NCBI GenBank assembly: GCA_036339465.1 | Contig: JAYZAY010000041.1 | Coordinates: forward strand, 1 to 12,063 | Direction of reading: 5' to 3' | DNA length: 12,063 nucleotides | Origin: Myxococcota bacterium | Lineage (GTDB): Bacteria > Myxococcota > XYA12-FULL-58-9 > JABJBS01 | In this document: piece after piece, positions 8,077 to 12,063 of the stretch | How positions within the stretch are numbered: the stretch's first letter is position 1 | How the letters are laid out: the number at the start of each line of letters is the position of its first letter | Made by a program: the position numbers and the translations under genes | The notes under the pieces: generated by a model | The model's database searches: none | Seen by the model: the letters and a program-made list of their open reading frames with translations, nothing else | Told to the model about the DNA's origin: nothing

Positions 8077-8763
8077 TCAGCCCTTTAGGTTTTCCTCAAA
8101 CTGAACCGTGGGACAATGATCTGACCCCCGCCGAATAAATGTAACATCAAGCTGCACCAAATTCCCGACCGCATCCCGGCGCTGGTCAAACATATCAAAG
8201 GGTTCGAATCCCAACTCATACATGAAAGCAATCACTTCTCCGCTCAGCGGCGCACCCTCGTTATAGGGCAATACAGACAACTCCATCATCACGAATTCCA
8301 CCTTTTTTAAGGCTTGTATGCCGCCCGCAATGACGTCGATTTCCGCGCCTTGAACATCTAATTTCAGGAATTCAAAAATGGGGAAATTCGCTTCCTCAAT
8401 CAGCTCATCCAGCGTTAATCTTGGAATATGTCTCAATGTTGCGGGAACCTCACTGATTTCCCTGTAGGCAGAAGAGCCGCTAGAACCCCATTTACTCTTC
8501 GTGACATAAAAAGGAACCTCAGCCGCCGCAGAGGCGCCCAATAAGGCAATCTTATATTGAAAACGTTTTGGATCCAACTGATGAAAGCGGCCCAAGGTAT
8601 CGCCAAGTTCTTCTTGGGCCTCCACCATGAGAATTTCGCTTTTTTCGAAAGTCACCGCCGCTGCCTTGGTCCACTCCCCCCGGTATGCTCCAATATCCAA
8701 GATACCCTTCGGCACAAACCCCGTAGCTTTGATTCGGGCTAAGGCATTTAACAATTGCGACAT
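8077..8763 (-). CDS. FkbM-family SAM-dependent methyltransferase
   Basis: 228 aa. Motif I ILDIGAYRGEW, EAQ acidic strand-2 end, TLDEL, FLKLDVQGAEIDVIAGG, YNEGAP, L...GF...D and QLDVTF. Shine-Dalgarno AAGGAG upstream. Confidence 0.92.
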   Translation of the reverse strand: MSQLLNALARIKATGFVPKGILDIGAYRGEWTKAAAVTFEKSEILMVEAQEELGDTLGRFHQLDPKRFQYKIALLGASAAAEVPFYVTKSKWGSSGSSAYREISEVPATLRHIPRLTLDELIEEANFPIFEFLKLDVQGAEIDVIAGGIQALKKVEFVMMELSVLPYNEGAPLSGEVIAFMYELGFEPFDMFDQRRDAVGNLVQLDVTFIRRGSDHCPTVQFEENLKG

Positions 8764-8769
8764 TCAATT

Positions 8770-8775
8770 CTCCTT
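8770..8775 (-). promoter_or_regulatory. Shine-Dalgarno site for the FkbM-family gene
   Basis: Plus-strand CTCCTT at 8770-8775 reads AAGGAG on the minus strand, 6 nt before the ATG at 8763-8761. Confidence 0.8.
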
Positions 8776-8916
8776 CCGCATCCATGCCAGTATGCCACCG
8801 ACCCTCCTAACCTTCAAAAATTAGTCGCCAAACAACCCAACCATTATGGTGACATAAAAGCACATTCCTCTAGACGAGATCGCATTTAGGCCACGCCCAA
8901 GAGCGGCCGCCGATAA

Positions 8917-9543
8917 TCAGACTATTTCACCCGCTACCAAGCCCCAACCCAAAGAAACCATCGCTTCTTGCTATGGCCCAAAGATGATAACCCCGCAGCC
9001 TGGACGCAAGTCCACCGAAAAATCATTGAGCCCCTGAGAAATCACCGGGATTTGTCCCTGCTCTTCTACGTGGATGATTCCGCGAAACCTTCCATGGGGG
9101 GTGTCGTCGTGTTATTTTAAAGAACTTCCAATGATTTACTCAACATCCACAGAGAATCTACCCAAGAAATCCAAGTCGTCTCCTCCCGGTGAAACCCTCG
9201 ATTGGCCACCGCTTAGCTCTGAGATTTCAGCATCCTATTTTCCAAGACGAAGTTTTCAAAAACCGTACCCATGCTTTCAGAATTGCGCATTCCCATATTC
9301 GAAGCCCCCCAAGAAGTTATTGATTTTTGCGAAAAACCTGGTTGTCGCCCCCACTGAAAATGATCGAAGGCCCAAAAGCTCCATCGAAACCCAAGAGGAC
9401 CGCGTGTGTTCTCCCTTAAGAGAGATGAGGGTCCCTCGTTGGACGACATCAACCACCTCGTGATTACATCGTTTTTGCACTTCGACTTTTCTCGAACCAC
9501 AAGCCTGCTGGCCCCAATCCCTGATAAGAGGCTATGGAGCTGA
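8917..9543 (+). pseudogene. Probable decayed coding sequence in frame +1 with several in-frame stops; possibly the 5' part of the downstream glycosyltransferase gene
   Basis: Frame +1 reads ...RNHRFLLWPKDDNPAAWTQVHRKIIEPLRNHRDLSLLFYVDDSAKPSMGGVVVLF*RTSNDLLNIHRESTQEIQVVSSR*NPRLATA*L*DFSILFSKTKFSKTVPMLSELRIPIFEAPQEVIDFCEK..., a protein-like alternating strand/helix pattern. Stops at 9118, 9190, 9214, 9220, 9355, 9361 and 9541. Identity not established; boundaries approximate. Confidence 0.4.
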
Positions 9544-10241
9544 TGAGAAAATCCAAACCCAAACCACTTAAAGTCAGAGCCAGAGGAGTAGGCACCCATG
9601 ATTTGAATTACCCTGATTTCCTATTACGTTTCTCTCGGAAAGTTGCTCCGGCAACGGAAATTAATCTCTTAACAAAAAGCCTTCGAATCAGTGCGCTCTG
9701 CAATCTGAGTCCCTACAGCCGATACCCGATCCAACCACCTGCCTCCCCACTCAATCTAGATTCAGAGACGGATTTTCGCTCTTATGTCCATATTTCCAAT
9801 GACAACCCGGCGCACTTTATAACCGCCTTGTATATCGCAATCTTTCGGCGCATGACCTATTCACCCACAGTAAAATATTTCTACGATGAGCTCAGGGCCC
9901 GTGGAAGCGACATCGATTTTAAGGTTGACGATGCCCCAACCATACTCCCTAAGAATTCCTCGGTTAAGAAATCCCTTCGAGAAACATATGAAGAGGAAAT
10001 TGAGTGCTCCATAAAAGATGCAGATGTTGTCCAATGCTCAACCCACCAGCTTGCCCAACTCTATTCCGAAATCAATCCCAAATGCATGGTGTTCGAAAAT
10101 CAATTGACGCATCCCAAAAAACCACGCCAAGCCCCACCACAACCCCATGGTAATATTGTGATTGGTTACGGAGCAGCAGAGCATCATTGTTGGGATTGGA
10201 TGAGTATTTACAAAAAGATTAAAGAAGTCGTCGAGAAATGA
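9534..10241 (+). pseudogene. Truncated, degenerate GT-B fold (GT4-like) glycosyltransferase fragment
   Basis: The 235-aa ORF contains SRYPIQPPA..L, IAIFRR, ELRARGSDIDFKVDD, IECSIKDADVVQCSTHQLAQLYSEINPKCMVFENQL and IVIGYGAAEHHCWDW. These resemble the GT4-like pattern YRI.QP / FQR / (Y/F)(D/E)IDD / AD.V.VST..LA..Y...N..V.V..N / IGW.G...H..D. It stops just after the start of the second Rossmann domain, so the donor-binding part is missing. Confidence 0.65.
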
Positions 10242-10510
10242 GAAAGCTCAAAAACCTCGGTTTCAACACGGGCCGATTTTTGTCAGGCGTTGGTCTAGAA
10301 TTTCCCTACGCACAACACTATGGTCCTAAACACCCCGCCAATCCATAACAGGACCGGAAAGGGCTCTTTTCCTGGCCTCTTCTCTTCTAAAGACATCAAA
10401 CAACCACAAAGACAGCTTTTTTACCACCAACCAAGCCAAAGGGGATATCGATATTCCATTCAGACAACGTCATCTCTCATCAACAGGCTTATTCTCAATA
10501 AAGTCCTTAT

Positions 10511-12063
10511 TTAGAAAACTTCAACAGCCTCAAATTCCCTAACACCCATCAGCGTAGAATGCGCAATTCGCCCTTCACTCACCGCTTCGAGTTCAACTTC
10601 TCCCCCCCGCATCCTCAAGGTATTGATCACCGAATCTTTCTCACCTGCAAGTGTCGCCAAGGCAGAGATAGCGGGCATAAACCCAAATCCTTTATCACCA
10701 CCCAACTGGACAAAAAAGTCGCGCCGTTCTTCAGGCGTCGCAGCTGCAGTTAGCCCCTCTTTATGATGCATGAAGTTCTTGGCTTCCTCCAAATGCGGCA
10801 TATCCGCCACAAGACTTCGGCCTAAACGTTTGCGATACTCCTCTTCCACCTGCATCATCGACCAGTCACCACCCACCTCATCAACAGACGATTTGATTTC
10901 ACTATCCCTGTATTTCTCAACCGAACTCAGCGCCATCCTAAATTGCGACGCCGACAAGTCTTTCAGGCCCTTTGCCGTTGGGTCAAACTGGGCACGAGAG
11001 GCGAGAATTACTTTTCGAGCCTCTTCGTTTGAAGTCGTCGCTATTTTATCAATGCCTGCCTTGGCAAAATAGATATCAACCTCCACTTTGGTGTCGTCCT
11101 CATTTGCAAATGCCCTGGAAAAATCCGACATCGTCTTTGGCAACTCTCTTCGGGACTTATGGGCCTCTTTAATGCCCAAGGTCTTAGCAAAGTTGAAAAA
11201 TCGCTCAATTTCTTTCTCTGTGGTAATCTTATCCTCATTGGTAAACTTCAAATTATAGAAAGTCGTTGGCGACTTCGCGTTCTCACTTAATGTAACCGAA
11301 TCCCAACAAACAGTGCGTTTTCCTGTCATGAAATTCCCTGAAACCTTCTTAAATTTATTCTCACGAAAACAAGTGGTCTCTTTACCATTTTTGCTCAACT
11401 CACCACTGCGTTCAGCTTCGAGCGCCCGATATAAAAGTAGCACCGATGCTCCCAAGGAGGCTTCGAGTCCCACTTCGGAATTCTCCTCTGTGGAATGATA
11501 ACCTATGGATTTAACCCCGCTGTTCTGAATCACACTCAAGGATTCAGCCTTATCTACCTCTAGTCCCAAAAGAGAGGTATAAGCGCACAATCCGTCGGGA
11601 GTTCTTATATCCAAAACATATCGCCCCATACCGTTCTCCTGGCTGGTATCTTGCCAATAAGCCTTGAAATCCGCGCCGCCAAATCGCTTAAGGCAACGAG
11701 AGATGGATTTGCTCCCCTTCTTTCGAGCCAACGCTCCCAAATAGCCTTTGCCTAAGGTGGGCATACTTGTGGGATCCAAACCAAATCCCGCATTCAATCT
11801 CGCTTCAAGTCTTCCTGTCCTATTCTCGTCTCGAATCACAAACATCTCGACTTTTCCTTGATGGTCAAGAACCTTCATCTTGAGGATCAAATTGCCCTCC
11901 CAAAGAGCATTGCCCCCCACAGACGCAGCGTAAAAAGGCCCAATACCGGAACTGAACGAACGACGACCTACGGAGGTCAGCGCTCTACCCGACATTTTAC
12001 CATAACCCCGAATCTCAAATTCCGAACCAGGATGAATTCCCAGCAATTCCTCGCGTGTCGTCG
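10511..12063 (-). CDS. Large hypothetical protein, beta-strand-rich followed by a helical C-terminal part; 5' end outside the window
   Basis: Uninterrupted frame of at least 516 codons ending at TAA 10513-10511. The tracked start at 12046 is a TTG, and the frame stays open upstream (T-T-R-E-E) to the window edge, so the true start probably lies beyond 12063. No family recognised. Confidence 0.85.
   Translation of the reverse strand, partial: TTREELLGIHPGSEFEIRGYGKMSGRALTSVGRRSFSSGIGPFYAASVGGNALWEGNLILKMKVLDHQGKVEMFVIRDENRTGRLEARLNAGFGLDPTSMPTLGKGYLGALARKKGSKSISRCLKRFGGADFKAYWQDTSQENGMGRYVLDIRTPDGLCAYTSLLGLEVDKAESLSVIQNSGVKSIGYHSTEENSEVGLEASLGASVLLLYRALEAERSGELSKNGKETTCFRENKFKKVSGNFMTGKRTVCWDSVTLSENAKSPTTFYNLKFTNEDKITTEKEIERFFNFAKTLGIKEAHKSRRELPKTMSDFSRAFANEDDTKVEVDIYFAKAGIDKIATTSNEEARKVILASRAQFDPTAKGLKDLSASQFRMALSSVEKYRDSEIKSSVDEVGGDWSMMQVEEEYRKRLGRSLVADMPHLEEAKNFMHHKEGLTAAATPEERRDFFVQLGGDKGFGFMPAISALATLAGEKDSVINTLRMRGGEVELEAVSEGRIAHSTLMGVREFEAVEVF

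Noticed and set aside
9074..9599. Tracked ORFs 9074-9463 (+), 9213-9599 (-) and 9277-9480 (-) as real genes
   Set aside because: Mutually overlapping, with no motifs and atypical Pro/Ser/Arg-rich composition in the two longer ones. Better explained as shadows of a decayed frame +1 gene.
10233..10245. GAGAAA-T-GAGAAA direct repeat at the GT remnant stop, as a slippage event or phase-variation switch
   Set aside because: Removing the duplicate does not restore recognisable glycosyltransferase sequence in the downstream frames I translated, and a 6-bp repeat is expected by chance.
10320..11498. ORF 10320-10514 and the short ORFs overlapping the large minus-strand gene
   Set aside because: No motifs or clear ribosome-binding sites, and most are antisense or off-frame to the long ORF.
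1..12063. CRISPR array, tRNA/rRNA, transposase, integrase or defence-system genes
   Set aside because: No regularly spaced DNA repeats, structured-RNA signatures or corresponding protein motifs were visible on either strand by inspection.

Overview
Bacterial chromosomal window. In order it holds: (1) the 3' part of an EgtD-family (histidine N-alpha-methyltransferase) gene, missed by the ORF track and broken by an in-frame TAA at 297-299; (2) a tightly coupled four-gene peptide/nickel-type ABC importer operon of YejABEF architecture (668-8047); (3) a convergent FkbM-family methyltransferase; (4) about 1.4 kb of decayed coding sequence ending in a truncated GT-B/GT4-like glycosyltransferase remnant; (5) the 3' part of a large beta-rich hypothetical gene on the minus strand that runs off the window. 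The most unusual feature is that the transporter subunits carry non-canonical additions. The YejB-like permease has a ~295-aa insert made of two diverged ~130-aa tandem repeats. The YejE-like permease has a charged helical insert and a possible extra N-terminal membrane helix. Both nucleotide-binding domains of the fused ATPase carry an equal-length C-x21-RGGHIVE loop at the same site. I found no RNA genes, CRISPR arrays or mobile elements. Family assignments come from motif recognition by eye, not database searches.
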